A DNA stretch of 32,000 nt from Phycisphaera mikurensis NBRC 102666 (GCF_000284115.1 NC_017080.1:1740001-1772000), one strand, 5' to 3'. Shown: positions 1-11,090, counted from the stretch's first letter. A program made the numbers and translations. Notes: a model not told the origin generated them from the sequence alone.

Positions 1-894
1 CCCGGCGGCGGCGGCGAGATCTTCGGCCCCCACGTGCGGCACCGCATCGGCCCGGGCAAGGCCAGCGGCGCCCAGTGGCTGGACGTGATGGAGACGGCCC
101 ACCGCGTCGGCATGAGGACCTCGGCCACCATGATGTTCGGGCACCTGGAGGGCCGGATGGACCGGATCCAGCACATGGACGCGGTGCGTTCGCGGCAGGA
201 CCGGGCCATCGAGGCGGATCTTCCCGGCCGGTACCTCTCCTTCATCTCGTGGCCGTACCAGCGCGAGAACACGCCGCTGGACCGCCTGCCCGACCACGAC
301 CCGCTCGCGGAGAAGCGCGGCGGCGAGCCCTTCCCCGGTGACGTCCTCGCCGAGGCCGTTGCCCGCGGCGAAGTCGATCCGGAGGACCGCGCGGCCTGCC
401 GCCGCGTCGCGCCCGGAGCCGGCAAGGTCCTGCGGACGGCCGGCGGCACGGAGTACCTCCGCACGCAGGCCGTCTCGCGGCTGTACCTCGACAACATCCA
501 CTCGATCGGCAGCAGCTGGGTGACGATGGGCCCGCGGATCGGGCAGCTCGGCCTCCTGTACGGGGCCAACGACATGGGCAGCGTGATGATGGAGGAAAAC
601 GTCGTCTCGGCCGCCGGCACCACCTACTGCCTGAACGAGGCGACGCTGTGCCGGCTCGTCCGCGACGCCGGGTTCGTGCCCGCCCAGCGGAACAACCGCT
701 ACGAGGTCCTCCAGGAGCACCCCGACACCCCCGACGCCCCCGATCGCAGGATCGACGACTGGTCGACGCAGCGGCCCCGGGCCCAGCGGGCGGCCTTCGA
801 ACCCGGCGTGAAGGCGGAGGCGAAGGACGGGCCGGCCACCGTTCCGCTGACCGTCACCGCCGGGCACGTGCAGGCCGCGCCCGCGCTCGCCTGA
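1..894 (+). CDS. Radical SAM enzyme of the futalosine-pathway MqnC/MqnE (CofH-like) family, C-terminal part; the 5' end lies outside the window
   Basis: Frame 1 is open from base 1 (PGGGGEIFGPHVRHRIGPGK...) and continues into ORF 34..894. Family-typical motifs: GGGEIF, ATMMFGHLE, FISWPYQRENT, NDMGSVMMEENV. About 60 aa of low-complexity C-terminal tail. I cannot separate MqnC from MqnE without a profile search. Confidence 0.7.
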   Translation, partial: PGGGGEIFGPHVRHRIGPGKASGAQWLDVMETAHRVGMRTSATMMFGHLEGRMDRIQHMDAVRSRQDRAIEADLPGRYLSFISWPYQRENTPLDRLPDHDPLAEKRGGEPFPGDVLAEAVARGEVDPEDRAACRRVAPGAGKVLRTAGGTEYLRTQAVSRLYLDNIHSIGSSWVTMGPRIGQLGLLYGANDMGSVMMEENVVSAAGTTYCLNEATLCRLVRDAGFVPAQRNNRYEVLQEHPDTPDAPDRRIDDWSTQRPRAQRAAFEPGVKAEAKDGPATVPLTVTAGHVQAAPALA

Positions 895-948
895 TGCGGT
901 CGAGGGCCACCCGCGCCGCGTTTGGGGAGGCGGATTCCGCCCACCACC

Positions 949-994
949 CCGCGGACCGCCGCCGCCCAGCACCCGAACGACCGGCGGTCCGCGG
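949..994. repeat. 46-nt palindromic element copy 1 (CCGCGGACCG-N26-CGGTCCGCGG); arms extend to 13 bp perfect (949-961 / 982-994)
   Basis: Read directly from the sequence. Lies 55 nt downstream of the stop at 894, in a terminator-like position. Confidence 0.85.
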
Positions 995-1386
995 CCACCC
1001 GCTCCGCCGCGTGCCGCTCGCTGCATGGGACTTCCGCCGCCACGCCGCCGCCGCCACCGCCGCCTCGGGCACCGACCCCTTCACGCGGGGAGGCCCGTCC
1101 GCCTGCGTGCCCACCGGCCGCGGCGCGGGCTTCGCATGCCGTCGATTCCGCTCTACGCCCGCCGCAGCGTTGCCGTTCCGGCCAGCGGCCGGGCGTTGGT
1201 GCTCCGCCGACACCGCCTCGAGAAGGATCGGCTGAGGGGCGCACCGGCGTAAGCGGCAGGCCGCGCTCGGGACACGCCCTGCACCCGCGGCGGCGTTTCG
1301 CGATGCTCGGGAACCCCGGCGGCACCCGCGTCGTCCAACCCGCGATCCGGAGACCCGCTCCGGCCCGCGCCCGCCCGAACCGAACC

Positions 1387-3408
1387 ATGCACCCCTGCTC
1401 CGCCCTCCGCTTCGCCGTCGCCCTCGCCCTTCCCGCCCTCTCCCTCCACGCCGAGCCCGCCGACCTGCCGCTGGATGCCATCACGCTGTACTCCAGCGGG
1501 GTCGGGCACTACCGCCACGCGGGCGCGGTGCCGGCCGGCGGCGAGGTGACGCTGAACCTCGACGCGGAGGAGCTCAACGACGCGCTGAAGAGCCTCACCG
1601 TCGGCGGGCTCGGCGGCAGCGGCGGGGTCAGCGTGAGCTACCCCGGGCAGGCGGGCGTCGATCAGCGGCTGGCCGCCTTCGGCGTGGACGTCCGCGGCGT
1701 CGGCAGCCGGGCGGCGCTGCTGGATCGGCTCCGGGGCGTGCCGGTGACGGTCACCCTCGGCACCGGCGAGGCCCGCTCCGGCCGCGTGCTGGCGGTCGAA
1801 GAGCGCGAGGTGAGCGGCGGCGACGAGACGCCGGCGACCTCCCGACGCGTGCTCACGCTGGTGAGCGGCTCGGGCATCGTCGACGTCGACCTCGAGAAAG
1901 TCGGCGGGCTGACCATCGAGGACGAGCGGCTGGCCGGCGAGCTGAAGGCAGCGCTGGAGCTGCTCGCGTCGCAGCGCGACACCCGCACCAAGCCGCTGAC
2001 GCTCACCTTCGCCGACGCGGCGGAGGACGCGCGGGTCTCCTACCTCGCCCGGGCCCCGCTGTGGAAGCTGTCCTACCGGCTGGACCTCTCCGGCGACGAC
2101 CCGCTGCTGCAGGGCTGGGCCATCGTCGACAACCCCAGCGACCGCGACTGGGACGCGGTGGGCGTGACGCTGGTCTCCGGCCGGCCGATGAGCTTCGTGC
2201 AGGACCTCTACACCCCGGCGTACCTGGAGCGGCCGGTGGTCGAGCCGGAACGCTTCGCGGGGCTGGAGCCCGAGGAGCACGGCCAGGGCTCCGCCGAAGG
2301 CTTCGCGGGGGCGGAGATGGACGCGATGGCGGTGCCGGAGACCGCGCCGATGGAGCCGGCCCTCCTGGAGCGATCGCGCGTCTCGCCGTCGCGTCGGGCG
2401 CCGGCGGCCGCGGGCCTGGAGAGCCTTGCGCCGGCCGCCGAGGCCGCCGATCTCGGGCAGCTGTTCGCGTACACCCTCGCCGAGCCGGTCACGCTCGCCC
2501 GCGGCGCGTCCGCCATGCTCCCGGTCCTGGACGCCGCCATCGAGGCCGAGGCGGTGTCGGTCTTCAACGCGGGCGTGCTGGAGGCGCACCCGCTCCGCGG
2601 CGTCCGCCTGAAGAACACCACCGAGCTCAAGCTCGACGCGGGCCCTGTCACCGTGCTCGACGGCGGCGCCTACGCCGGCGACGCCCGGCTGGGCTTCCTC
2701 GCCCCCGGCGACGACCGGCTGATCACCTACGCGGTGGACCTGGAGGTGACGGCGACGAGCAACGAGCGCTCCGACTCCACCCGGGTCGGCGCTTCCTTCG
2801 ACCGCGGCGTGCTCGTGCTCCGGGTGCGCGACGTGCTCGAGCACCGGGTCGGCTTCCGCAACGCCGCCGGCGACGCCCGCAAGGTGCTGGTCGAGGTCCG
2901 ACGCGAGCCCAACTTCGAGTGGGCGGAGCCGGCCGGCGACGTCGAGACGCTGATCGATCGGTACCGCTTCCCGCTGGCGGTCCCCGCGGGCGGCGACGCC
3001 GAGGCCGTCGCGAGACAGGTGCGGACCCGCAGCGAGCGGGTTTCGCTGGTCGGCCTCGACGGCGAGCGTCTCGACCGGCTCGCGCTCGGTGGCGGCGTCG
3101 AGCCCGCCGTCGCGGAGAAGCTGGAGGAAGCCGCGGCCCTGCGTCGGGTGCTCTCGGAGGCGGAGCGCGCCGTCGAAGCCGCCGACGCCGAGCGGCAGCG
3201 CATCGCGGAGGAGCAGGAGCGCATCCGCGAGAACCTCCGCCCGCTGGACCGCGACAGCGCCCTCCGCCAGCGCTACGTCGACATCCTCGACCGGCAGGAA
3301 GATCGCCTGGCCGCGCTCGTGGACGAGCGGGCGGCGGCGGCGGCGGCCGTGGAGGAGGCGCGGGACGCGTTCCTGCGGTTCGTCGCCGGGCTCGGCGGTT
3401 CGCGCTGA
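1387..3408 (+). CDS. Secreted DUF4139/DUF4140-type protein (MuiA-like family) with a C-terminal coiled coil
   Basis: Part of ORF 922..3408. ATG at 1387 gives the signal peptide MHPCSALRFAVALALPALSLHA. The in-frame stretch 922-1386 has many A/T-ending codons and Pro/Arg-rich junk, so I treat it as non-coding. LPLDAITLYSSGVGHY, then WKLSYRLDL and GWAIVDNPSDRDW, resemble DUF4140/DUF4139. The Glu/Arg/Ala-rich heptad-like tail is AEKLEEAAALRRVLSEAERAVEAADAERQRIAEEQERIRENL. Confidence 0.6.
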   Translation: MHPCSALRFAVALALPALSLHAEPADLPLDAITLYSSGVGHYRHAGAVPAGGEVTLNLDAEELNDALKSLTVGGLGGSGGVSVSYPGQAGVDQRLAAFGVDVRGVGSRAALLDRLRGVPVTVTLGTGEARSGRVLAVEEREVSGGDETPATSRRVLTLVSGSGIVDVDLEKVGGLTIEDERLAGELKAALELLASQRDTRTKPLTLTFADAAEDARVSYLARAPLWKLSYRLDLSGDDPLLQGWAIVDNPSDRDWDAVGVTLVSGRPMSFVQDLYTPAYLERPVVEPERFAGLEPEEHGQGSAEGFAGAEMDAMAVPETAPMEPALLERSRVSPSRRAPAAAGLESLAPAAEAADLGQLFAYTLAEPVTLARGASAMLPVLDAAIEAEAVSVFNAGVLEAHPLRGVRLKNTTELKLDAGPVTVLDGGAYAGDARLGFLAPGDDRLITYAVDLEVTATSNERSDSTRVGASFDRGVLVLRVRDVLEHRVGFRNAAGDARKVLVEVRREPNFEWAEPAGDVETLIDRYRFPLAVPAGGDAEAVARQVRTRSERVSLVGLDGERLDRLALGGGVEPAVAEKLEEAAALRRVLSEAERAVEAADAERQRIAEEQERIRENLRPLDRDSALRQRYVDILDRQEDRLAALVDERAAAAAAVEEARDAFLRFVAGLGGSR

Positions 3409-3544
3409 GCCCCGCCGGGGATCCGCTCCGCCCGGCGCCCGGGGGCATCCGCCGGGTCTTCCGCACCTCCGCGGCATCGCGTGCGACCGGTGCCGCCGGT
3501 AGGCGCTCCTTCGTGCCCGGTGCCGCGGGGCGTTCCGGGGTTGG

Positions 3545-3565
3545 GCGTCCTCCCAGGGAGGACGC
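3545..3565. terminator. GC-rich hairpin between convergent genes (gcgtcctccc a gggaggacgc)
   Basis: 10-nt perfect inverted arms. Sits 3 nt beyond the minus-strand stop at 3569 and 137 nt after the plus-strand stop at 3408. No T-tract. Confidence 0.4.
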
Positions 3566-3568
3566 GCT

Positions 3569-4615
3569 TCAGGCGTCCTTCTTGTAGTACTCGATCTGCC
3601 GCCCGGCCTGGTCGGCGCACGCCGCCAGCAGCTCGTCCGCCCGCGCCGCGGTCATGCCGCCGAAGCCGCTCGCCGCCGCGAGGTTCTGCCGCAGCTCCAC
3701 CGCGTCCTCCATCCCGCTGATGAGCGACGCAACCGGCAGCGACCAGACGTAGCCGAAGGCGTCCTCCAGGCTCACCCGCTGCGGGATCACCGCGACCGGC
3801 GGCGGCGAGTTCTTGCCCCAGCTCTTGTCCACACCGGTGAGGTTCCCGCCGGCGAGCGTCTTCATCGCGAGCACGCCGTAGCCGTGCTCGACCAGCCGCG
3901 GCAGCACCGTCTCGGTGTACGAGAGGTAGCCCGGCTCGATCACGTTCATCGGCATCTGCGCCGCGTCGAGGTGCGTGCCGAGGCCGTCGAGCCGGTCGAG
4001 CATCCGGTGGAAGGCGGCCGGGTCGCGGTGGCCGGTGAAGCCGATGTGCCGGATCTTCCCCTCGTCGCGGGCCTTCATCAGCTCGTCGAGCACGCCGTTG
4101 TCCAAGCGCTCGTCGACGTCGCCGACGCTCTCGAGGGAGTGGATCTGGTACAGGTCGATCACGTCGACGCCGAGGCGCTTCAGGCTGCCGTCGAGCTGCT
4201 TCCGCGTGCCTCTCGCGTCCTTCGCGTTCACCTTCGACATGAGGTAGAGCACGTCGCGGTGCTTCGGCACGAGGAGCTCGCCGAAGCGCTGCTCGCTGCC
4301 GCCGTTCTGGTAGGAAACGGCCGTGTCGATGAAGCGGATGCCCCCGGCCATCGCCTCCTCGATCAGCGCCTCGGCGTCGCGTTCGGAGCCGATGGCGCCG
4401 ACGTGGTAACCGCCGAGGCCCAGCACCGTCACCCGCTCGCCGGTCCGGCCGAGCGGGCGGGTCGGCAGCAACTCGCCCACGCGGTCGCGGGCGGGGGCCG
4501 AGGGGGCCGAGCCCGCGGCGGAGGAGGAGGATCCCTCCGCTCCCGCGGCGAGCGGCAGGCCCGCGGCGGCGGCAACGGCGGAAAGACGCTTGAGCAGGTC
4601 GCGGCGTGGCAGCAT
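3569..4615 (-). CDS. Aldo/keto reductase with twin-arginine (Tat) signal
   Basis: Real start is the ATG at 4615 ([26 protein letters not shown]). AKR-typical segments: [35 protein letters not shown]. The upstream part of ORF 3569..5050 is low-complexity junk. Confidence 0.8.
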   Translation of the reverse strand: MLPRRDLLKRLSAVAAAAGLPLAAGAEGSSSSAAGSAPSAPARDRVGELLPTRPLGRTGERVTVLGLGGYHVGAIGSERDAEALIEEAMAGGIRFIDTAVSYQNGGSEQRFGELLVPKHRDVLYLMSKVNAKDARGTRKQLDGSLKRLGVDVIDLYQIHSLESVGDVDERLDNGVLDELMKARDEGKIRHIGFTGHRDPAAFHRMLDRLDGLGTHLDAAQMPMNVIEPGYLSYTETVLPRLVEHGYGVLAMKTLAGGNLTGVDKSWGKNSPPPVAVIPQRVSLEDAFGYVWSLPVASLISGMEDAVELRQNLAAASGFGGMTAARADELLAACADQAGRQIEYYKKDA

Positions 4616-4667
4616 GCAAGAGCTTACGGCCCGCCGCTTCCTCCGCGCCGCGGAGCGACCCGGCGGC

Positions 4668-6332
4668 TCAGCGCGCCGCGTCCCCGCCGGCCTCCACGCC
4701 GATGCCGCGGCGTTGGAGCAGGCTGCCCTCGGCGAGCTGGAGGTCGATGAGGGCGAGGCGGTGCTCGGTGCGGCTGGTGACGACGGCGATCTCGGCGGCG
4801 AGCAGGTCGCGGCCGGCGAGGGCGGCGTCGAGGCTGGTGGCCTCGCCCGCCTCGAAACGCTGGCGCTCGCCGGCGGCGACGCTGCGCTGGAAGGCGAGGG
4901 TGGCGCGGCTGGCCGCGATCTGCTGACGGGCACGCTCGAGCTCGACGGCGGCGCGGCGGACCTCCAGCCGAACGAGCTGCACGAGGTTCGCCACGGCGGC
5001 GGCCGACTGGGCCCGCGTGGCGGAGGCGGCGCGGTCGAAGCCCTCGGCACGCTCGTTGCCGAGCGGGGCGACGAAGCGGAAGCCGGTGGCGAGGTCGTAG
5101 CTCTCCGAATCCAGGTCGTCGAAGCTGCCGGCGAAGGTGTCGTCGAAGCCGGCCTTGCCCAGGTCCAGGAAGACCTCCAGCCGCGGCAGCAGGCCGTTGC
5201 GGGTGAGCACGGTCTCCAGCCGGTCCTGCTCCAGCCGGACGCGGGCCTCGAGCAGCTCGGGCCGGACGCGGGTGGCGAGGGCGACGCGCTCCTCGAGGTC
5301 GTCCACGGGCGGCGGGTCGGCGCCGAAGGCGTCGTCGCCGGGCGCCTCGGTGGCGACGGGGCGGGTGAGCCAGTCGGCGTCGGCGGGCCCGTCGAGGTCG
5401 CCGGTGGGGCCCCCCAGCAGGCGCAGCAGCGCGAGCCGACGGGCCTCGCGGAGGCTGCGCGCGTCGATGAGGTCCTGCCGGCGGAGCGCCGCCTCGGCCT
5501 CGGCGGCGGCGCCGGCGTTGGGCGCGAGGGCCCCGGCGGCGATGCGGCGCCGCGCGGCCTCGCTCTGCTGCTCGGCGAGCTCCAGGGCGCGTTCGAAGAG
5601 GGCGAGCCGCTGCCCGGCGAGGCGGTAGAGCCACCAGGCCCGCTCGGCGTCGGCGAGCAGCCGCTGCACGAAGCCGCGCAGCTCGTGCCGGCTGGCGTCG
5701 ACGTCGAGCCCGGCCTGCCGCAGACGCACGAGGTTGGCCGCCGGGCCGGCGCCGCGCAGCAGCTGCTGGGTGACGGTCAGCCCCAGCCGCGCGTCCTGCT
5801 GCTCGGGCGCCCGGTCGGAGCTGCTGCGCTGCTGGTCGACCGAGAGCTCCACCTCGGTGCCGGTGGGCAGCAGCTGCCGCAGGCCCGCGACGGTGCGGAG
5901 GTCGTCGCCGTCGACGCTGAAGCGTTCGCCGGTGGCCCGGCTGGTCTCGGTGATGGAACGCTCCTGGTAGGTCAGCTCGGCGAAGGCCTCCGGGTCGAAT
6001 ACGCCCCGCTGCACGCGCTGCAGCGCCGCGGCGATGGCGGGGCTCTGGGCGCTCACCGCCAGCTCGCGGTTGGCCGCGAGCGTCATGAGCAGCGTCCGCC
6101 CGAGCGTCAGCCGCAGCTCGCCGCTCCCGCCGATCCGGACCGCTTCCGCTTCCCCGGCCGCGAAGCCGACGGCGGGCGCCTCCGCCGCGGCGTCCTCGGC
6201 CGCGTCGGCAACCGCTTCACGCGTCGCCTCGGGCCAGTCCACGCCCAACAGCGGCGACCGCTCGGGCGCCAGGCAGCCGGTCAGCGCGAGGCACCCGAGA
6301 GACGCCAAGATCCACGGCACCCCGCTCCTCAC
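4668..6332 (-). CDS. RND efflux outer membrane factor (TolC/NodT family lipoprotein)
   Basis: C-terminal 554 aa of ORF 4668..9302. GTG start at 6332 overlaps the pump stop as GTGA. Lipobox-like N-terminus [20 protein letters not shown]. Two-repeat, Ala/Leu/Arg-rich coiled-coil pattern typical of TolC-family proteins. Confidence 0.8.
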   Translation of the reverse strand: MRSGVPWILASLGCLALTGCLAPERSPLLGVDWPEATREAVADAAEDAAAEAPAVGFAAGEAEAVRIGGSGELRLTLGRTLLMTLAANRELAVSAQSPAIAAALQRVQRGVFDPEAFAELTYQERSITETSRATGERFSVDGDDLRTVAGLRQLLPTGTEVELSVDQQRSSSDRAPEQQDARLGLTVTQQLLRGAGPAANLVRLRQAGLDVDASRHELRGFVQRLLADAERAWWLYRLAGQRLALFERALELAEQQSEAARRRIAAGALAPNAGAAAEAEAALRRQDLIDARSLREARRLALLRLLGGPTGDLDGPADADWLTRPVATEAPGDDAFGADPPPVDDLEERVALATRVRPELLEARVRLEQDRLETVLTRNGLLPRLEVFLDLGKAGFDDTFAGSFDDLDSESYDLATGFRFVAPLGNERAEGFDRAASATRAQSAAAVANLVQLVRLEVRRAAVELERARQQIAASRATLAFQRSVAAGERQRFEAGEATSLDAALAGRDLLAAEIAVVTSRTEHRLALIDLQLAEGSLLQRRGIGVEAGGDAAR

Positions 6333-9300
6333 GCCGCCACCGCCGCGGACCGTGGCGCGAACGGGCGGTTCTGCCCCGCGGTCCGCGGATCCGCCCCGCG
6401 GTGGACCAGCGAGTACACCGCGGGGATCAGCACCAGCGTGATCAGCGTGGAGGCGATCAGCCCGCCGAGCACGGCCCGGGCCAGGGGGGCCTGGGCGTCG
6501 GCTCCTTCGCCGATGCCCAGCGCCAGCGGGAAGAGCCCCAGCACCGTGGTGAGCGTGGTCATCAGGATCGGCCGCAGCCGCCGCCGCCCGGCCTCGATCA
6601 CCGCGGCGTCGGTGCCCAGCGGGGCTTCGCCGCCCTCGCCGGCCCGCAGCTGCCGCGCCTGGTCCACCAGCAGGATGGCGTTGTTCACGACGATGCCGCC
6701 GAGCATGATGCAGCCGATGTAGCTCTGCAGGTTCAGCGTCGTGGACGTCAGGTACAGCGTCACCAGCACGCCCACCGCCGCGACGGGAACGGCGAGCATC
6801 ACCACGACGGGATCGCGCAGCGACTCGTACTGGCTGGCGAGCACCATGTAGACGAGCACCAGCGACAGCACGATGCTCACGAGCAGCTCGCGGAAGGCCT
6901 TCTTCTGCTCCTCGAGGCTGCCGGCGACGCCGAGTTCGTAGCCGGGCGGACGAGCGATGGTGGCGAGCCCGGCCTCGATGTCCGCGGCGATGGAGCCCAG
7001 GTCGCGGCCGCTGGTGTTCGCCCGGATCGTGGAGACGCGGCGCCCCTCCTCGTGGTCGATCTCCTCGGGGGCGAGGCCGTCGACGACGTCGAGCACGCTG
7101 CGCAGCGGGACGCGGTCGCTGCCGGCGCCGGCCACCGTCACCTGCAGATCCAGCAGCTCCTCGACCGGGAGCGAGCGGGCGTCGGCGAGGCGGACGCGGA
7201 TGGGGTAGCTGTCGCCGCCGCGGCGGAAGTCTCCGGCCTGCCGTCCCGCCACGGCGAGCTCGACGGTGCGGGCGAGGTCGACGACCTCCAGCCCCAGGTC
7301 CGCGGCCTTGTCGCGGTTGATCACCAGCTGCTTCTCGGGCGTCCCGACGCCGTCGGGCACGTTGACCCAGGTGACGCCGTCGACGCCCTGGACGACTTCC
7401 TCGGCGGCGAGCGTCAGCCGGCGCAGCTCGTCGAGGTCGGACCCGCGGATCTTCACCTCCAGCCGGCTGGCGTTGCCGCCGCCGAGCAGCCGCTGCAGCA
7501 GCCAGTCGCCCTGGGGCCCGTTGGCCCAGACGTCGCCGCCGGGGACGGTGCCGCGGATCACCCTCCGCAGCTCCTGGGCGACCTCCTGATTCGAGAGCTC
7601 GCGCTCGCTCGCGGGCGGGAGCTTCATCTCGATGCGGGCGCGGCCCGGGGAGGTCTCGACCATCTTGGCGGGGATGCCTGGCAGCGCCTCGTCGACGAGC
7701 TCCTCGAGCAGGCGGCTCTGCCGGTCGGTCAATTCCAGCGTGGTGCCGCTGGCGAAGTTGACGCCGGCCTGCACGCGGCCCTCGTCGGTGGGGGGCAGCA
7801 GCTCGGTGCCGATCAGCGGGAAGAGCAGCAGCGACAGGCCCAGGAGCGAGAACGCCGCGGCGACCGTGAGCCCGCGGAAGCGGAGCACGCGGCGGAGCAG
7901 CCGGCCGTAGGCGAGGCCCATGCGGTGGAGCCCGCCGCCGATGGCGGACGAGCCGCGGTCGACGATCCGCCGGAAGCCGGAGCGGGGCGGGGTCGCGTGC
8001 GGGTCGCCGGCGGCGTCGGCCGCGCTTGCCCCGCCGGCCCCGCCGCGGCCTCGCCGCGCGAGGAACTGCGAGGCGAGCACGGGCACCAGCGTGAGCGACA
8101 CGACCAGCGAGGCGAGCAGCGAGAACGCCACCACGTAGCCCAGCTGCCGGAACATGGTGCCCGCCGAGCCGTCGACGAAGACCAGCGGCAGGAAGATGAC
8201 CAGCGTGGTGACGGTGCTCGCGAGGATGGCCGGGCCGACCTCGGCGGCGCCGCGGATCGCGGCGGTCTTGCCGTCCTCGCGCTCCTCGTCCCGCCGCCGC
8301 GCGATGTTCTCGATCACGACGATCGAGCTGTCGACCATCATCCCCACGCCCAGCGCGAGCCCGCCGAGCGTCATGAGGTTCAGCGTCAGCCCGCCGCCGT
8401 TCATCAGCGCGAAGGTGGCGACGATGGCGATGGGGATCGCGATGGCGATGACCAGCGTCGAGCGGACGCTGCGGAGGAACACGAGCAGCACCAGCACCGC
8501 GAGCGAGCCGCCGTACAGGACCGAGCGGGCGACGTTGTCGATGCTCCGGTCGATGAAGCCGCCCTGGTCGGAGAGCGGCACGAAGCGGAGCTGCGGGAAG
8601 TCGGCCCGCAGCTCTTCGAGCTCCGCGAGCACGGCGTCGGCGACGTCCACGGTGTTGGCGTCGGCCTGCTTGTTGATGGCGATCCGCACGCCCGTGTCGC
8701 CGTCGATGCGGATGCCGCGGTCGCGGCGACGCGGCTGGAAGTCGACCTCGGCGATCTCGCCGAGCGTGACGACGCCGGAGGTCGCGTCGTCCCCGGGGGT
8801 CGCGACGACGAGGCGGCGCAGCTCGTCGATGCTCTTGAAGCCCGCGGGCGCCCGCAGGCCCACCGTGGCTTTGCCCTCGTCCAGCTCGCCGGCGGGGAGG
8901 TCCACGTTCGCGTCGCGGATCGTCTGCAGGAGGCCGTCGAGCGGGAGCTGGAGCGCCTTGACCTTTGCGGGGTCGAGGTCGACGTTGACCTCCCGGGCGG
9001 TGTCGCCCCAGATCTCCGCGTCCGCCACCCCCGGCACGCGGACCAGGCGGTCCTTGAGGGTTTCGATCGCGAGGTCCGAGAGCTCCAGCAGGTTCATCGG
9101 CCCGGAGACGCCGATGAGCACCACCGGGGAGGCGTTCACGTCCCACGTGTCGACGCGCGGCCGCGTCGCTTCGTCGGGGAAGCGGTTGGCGCCCTCGTCG
9201 AGCCGGGCCTTCACCGAGTCGGCGGCTTCGTCGATGCCCACCGACGGGCTGAAGCGGAGCCGCACCTGGCTGCGGCCCCGGCCCGACTCGCTGCTCATCC

Positions 9301-9535
9301 ACTCGATGCCCGGAGCGCTCTTGACCAGCTCCTCCACGGCGTCGGTCACCTGCGACTCGACCACCTCGGGCGCCGCACCGGACCAGTTGACGCGCACGGT
9401 GACCCAGGGCATCTCGATCTCCGGCAGGAGATCGGTGCGGAGGTTGGCCAGCGACATCCCGCCGAGGACGCCGACGATGAGCGTGAGCATGGCGGTGAGC
9501 ACCGGCCGGCGGACGCAGAAGGCGGGCAGGTTCAC
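6329..9535 (-). CDS. RND efflux transporter permease (AcrB/AcrD/AcrF superfamily), pump 1
   Basis: GTG at 9535 ([22 protein letters not shown]...) overlaps the adaptor stop as GTGA. 1068 aa with the 12-TM, two-large-loop architecture. Motifs: [22 protein letters not shown] and [18 protein letters not shown]. Confidence 0.9.
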   Translation of the reverse strand: MNLPAFCVRRPVLTAMLTLIVGVLGGMSLANLRTDLLPEIEMPWVTVRVNWSGAAPEVVESQVTDAVEELVKSAPGIEWMSSESGRGRSQVRLRFSPSVGIDEAADSVKARLDEGANRFPDEATRPRVDTWDVNASPVVLIGVSGPMNLLELSDLAIETLKDRLVRVPGVADAEIWGDTAREVNVDLDPAKVKALQLPLDGLLQTIRDANVDLPAGELDEGKATVGLRAPAGFKSIDELRRLVVATPGDDATSGVVTLGEIAEVDFQPRRRDRGIRIDGDTGVRIAINKQADANTVDVADAVLAELEELRADFPQLRFVPLSDQGGFIDRSIDNVARSVLYGGSLAVLVLLVFLRSVRSTLVIAIAIPIAIVATFALMNGGGLTLNLMTLGGLALGVGMMVDSSIVVIENIARRRDEEREDGKTAAIRGAAEVGPAILASTVTTLVIFLPLVFVDGSAGTMFRQLGYVVAFSLLASLVVSLTLVPVLASQFLARRGRGGAGGASAADAAGDPHATPPRSGFRRIVDRGSSAIGGGLHRMGLAYGRLLRRVLRFRGLTVAAAFSLLGLSLLLFPLIGTELLPPTDEGRVQAGVNFASGTTLELTDRQSRLLEELVDEALPGIPAKMVETSPGRARIEMKLPPASERELSNQEVAQELRRVIRGTVPGGDVWANGPQGDWLLQRLLGGGNASRLEVKIRGSDLDELRRLTLAAEEVVQGVDGVTWVNVPDGVGTPEKQLVINRDKAADLGLEVVDLARTVELAVAGRQAGDFRRGGDSYPIRVRLADARSLPVEELLDLQVTVAGAGSDRVPLRSVLDVVDGLAPEEIDHEEGRRVSTIRANTSGRDLGSIAADIEAGLATIARPPGYELGVAGSLEEQKKAFRELLVSIVLSLVLVYMVLASQYESLRDPVVVMLAVPVAAVGVLVTLYLTSTTLNLQSYIGCIMLGGIVVNNAILLVDQARQLRAGEGGEAPLGTDAAVIEAGRRRLRPILMTTLTTVLGLFPLALGIGEGADAQAPLARAVLGGLIASTLITLVLIPAVYSLVHRGADPRTAGQNRPFAPRSAAVAA
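6343..6388. repeat. 46-nt palindromic element copy 2, inside the last 60 nt of the pump-1 coding sequence
   Basis: Exact 10-nt arms at 6343-6352 and 6379-6388, with a 26-nt spacer. Encodes the tail ...[19 protein letters not shown]. Ends 11 nt upstream of the outer membrane factor start codon. Confidence 0.85.
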
Positions 9536-10881
9536 GCGTTGCGGCCGGCGGGTCCGGCTTCCTCGGGCAGGACCAGCGGGGCGACGGCCTCGCCCCGGGA
9601 CCGGGCCGGGTTGACCACCTGCCCGTCCTCGAGCAGCTGCTGCCCCAGCACGACCACCTCGCTGCCGCCGGGCAGCGGCGGCGAGAGCACCTGCACGCGG
9701 TCGCCGGCGGTCATGCCGAGCTCGACGGCGACCCGCTCCACCGCGGCGACGCCCGGGGGCAGCACGAAGACGATGTTCTCGTCGTCGCGCCGCGTGACGG
9801 CGTCGCGCGGCACCGAGACGGCGTCGTCGAGCGCCTCGAGGTCGGTGGTCAGGCGGACGAACATGCCCGGCCGCAGCAGGCCGTCGGGGTTGGCGACGTC
9901 GACCTCGACGCGGGCCTGCCGCGACGACTCCGAGAAAGAGGGGGCGAGGCGGTCGACCGCGGCGGCGAAGCGGCGGCCGGGGTACGCGTCGGTGGTCAGC
10001 TCGACCGGCTGCCCGGTGGAGAGGCCCGCGTGATCGGCCTGGGTGGCGCTGAACACGGCCCGCAGCGGGTCCAGCTGGACGAGGCGGACCAGCGGGTCGC
10101 CGGGGGAGACCGAGTCGCCCTCCTGCACGGTGACCGCGGCGACGCGGCGGGTGGCTCCCGCCCCGCCGAAGCGGGCCCGGACGGTGGCGTAGGAGCGGCG
10201 GATGCGGGCCGCGGCCGCTTCGGCTTCGGCGGACAGCCGCTGCGCCTCGGCGACCTCCACGGCCGCGGCCGCGGCGAGGCGGCGGGCCTCGGCGGTGTCG
10301 GCCTCGGCCTCGCTGGTCAGGCCCTCCTCCCGCAGCTGCCGAACGCGGGCGACGGTGCGCTCGGCGATCGTCTCGGCGGCGGTGGCCTCCGAGGCGTTGG
10401 CCTTCGCCACCGCGAGCCGGGCTTCGGCCGCCAGGGCCGCCTGCTCCAGCTCCTCGGGGTCGAGCTGGACCAGGGGCTGCCCGGGCTGGACCACGTCGCC
10501 GAGCCGCACGCCGACCGAGGTCACGCGTCCGCCCACCAGGGCCGAGGCCTCGAGCACCGCCGGGGAGACGAGTGTGCCGCTGAAGCCGCGGGTGCGCACC
10601 AGCGGCCCGACCTCCACCGGCGCCACGATGACCGCCGGCGCGACCGGCGCGTCGTCCTCGTCGGCGGGATCGGGCAGGAAGATCCCGGAGGTGCCCGAGA
10701 GGACGACCAGCGAGAGCCAAAGCAGAAGCGGCACGCCCAGGAGCAACGCGACGACGCGGCGCGGGGGCGTGGCGGCGGCCGCCCGGTCGGCCCGCGCCGG
10801 CGGCGCCGGCGCGGGCGTCCGCGGCGGGGCATCGGGCAGGGGTGGGGTTTCGGCGGGCGGATCGGCCGTGAGCGGCGGCAT
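9532..10881 (-). CDS. RND efflux periplasmic adaptor (membrane fusion protein, HlyD/AcrA family), system 1
   Basis: ATG at 10881 (MPPLTADPP...). Pro-rich N-terminus, one TM (VVALLLGVPLLLWLSLVVL), lipoyl-like and coiled-coil hairpin segments, beta-barrel region. The start is less certain than the rest of the call. Confidence 0.75.
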   Translation of the reverse strand: MPPLTADPPAETPPLPDAPPRTPAPAPPARADRAAAATPPRRVVALLLGVPLLLWLSLVVLSGTSGIFLPDPADEDDAPVAPAVIVAPVEVGPLVRTRGFSGTLVSPAVLEASALVGGRVTSVGVRLGDVVQPGQPLVQLDPEELEQAALAAEARLAVAKANASEATAAETIAERTVARVRQLREEGLTSEAEADTAEARRLAAAAAVEVAEAQRLSAEAEAAAARIRRSYATVRARFGGAGATRRVAAVTVQEGDSVSPGDPLVRLVQLDPLRAVFSATQADHAGLSTGQPVELTTDAYPGRRFAAAVDRLAPSFSESSRQARVEVDVANPDGLLRPGMFVRLTTDLEALDDAVSVPRDAVTRRDDENIVFVLPPGVAAVERVAVELGMTAGDRVQVLSPPLPGGSEVVVLGQQLLEDGQVVNPARSRGEAVAPLVLPEEAGPAGRNA

Positions 10882-11090
10882 CGGGGCGAGGGTAGGGCCG
10901 TCCCGCGGCCACAGATCGCGGCCCGAGGGGTTCCGCGGGTCGAGCCGCCATCGGGTGTCCTCGCGCGCGGATGCGTCCGCCCGCGTCCGACGGTGAGCGT
11001 CGGGACCGGCCACGAGCGGTCGGCAGCGGAACCCGACGGCCGGGCCGGAGGCCCCTAGCTTCACAGGGTCCGCCGCTCCCCGAGCCTCCC

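Noticed and set aside
944-999. 5-bp direct repeat CCACC flanking element copy 1, as a possible target-site duplication
   Set aside because: No comparable flanking duplication at the other five copies, and CCACC is a common word in this composition.
922-1386. N-terminal extension of the DUF4139 ORF
   Set aside because: Frequent A/T-ending codons and a Pro/Arg-rich translation. The signal peptide begins at the ATG at 1387.
7297-7305. Solitary half-sites resembling the element arm (ggtccgcgg at 7297, ccgcggacc at 17999, cggtccgcg at 12763, cgcggacgcgg at 18615)
   Set aside because: I checked the position 36 nt away in each case and found no partner arm. These are consistent with background CCGCGG-rich composition.
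9036-9081. Possible degenerate eighth copy inside pump 1 (acgcggacca-N26-aggtccgaga)
   Set aside because: Only a 6-bp core (cggacc/ggtccg) plus one further pair. It lies in a conserved RND segment ([18 protein letters not shown]). Not counted.
6333-9302. Upstream 990 aa of ORF 4668..9302, which would make a 1544-aa TolC fusion
   Set aside because: This stretch overlaps the pump-1 gene in another frame and translates to Arg/Gly/Pro junk. The TolC-like sequence starts with a lipoprotein signal at the GTG at 6332.
6401-10033. 1210-aa plus-strand ORF antisense to pump 1 and adaptor 1. Similar long ORFs: 1153..3477, 2061..3587, 3273..4619, 4590..6722, 15884..17509, 18054..19520, 19220..20602, 20674..22110, 25317..27221, 26708..28384
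   Set aside because: Same high-GC artefact. All overlap a gene with strong family motifs on the other strand or in another frame, and all translate to low-complexity Arg/Pro/Gly/Ala sequence.
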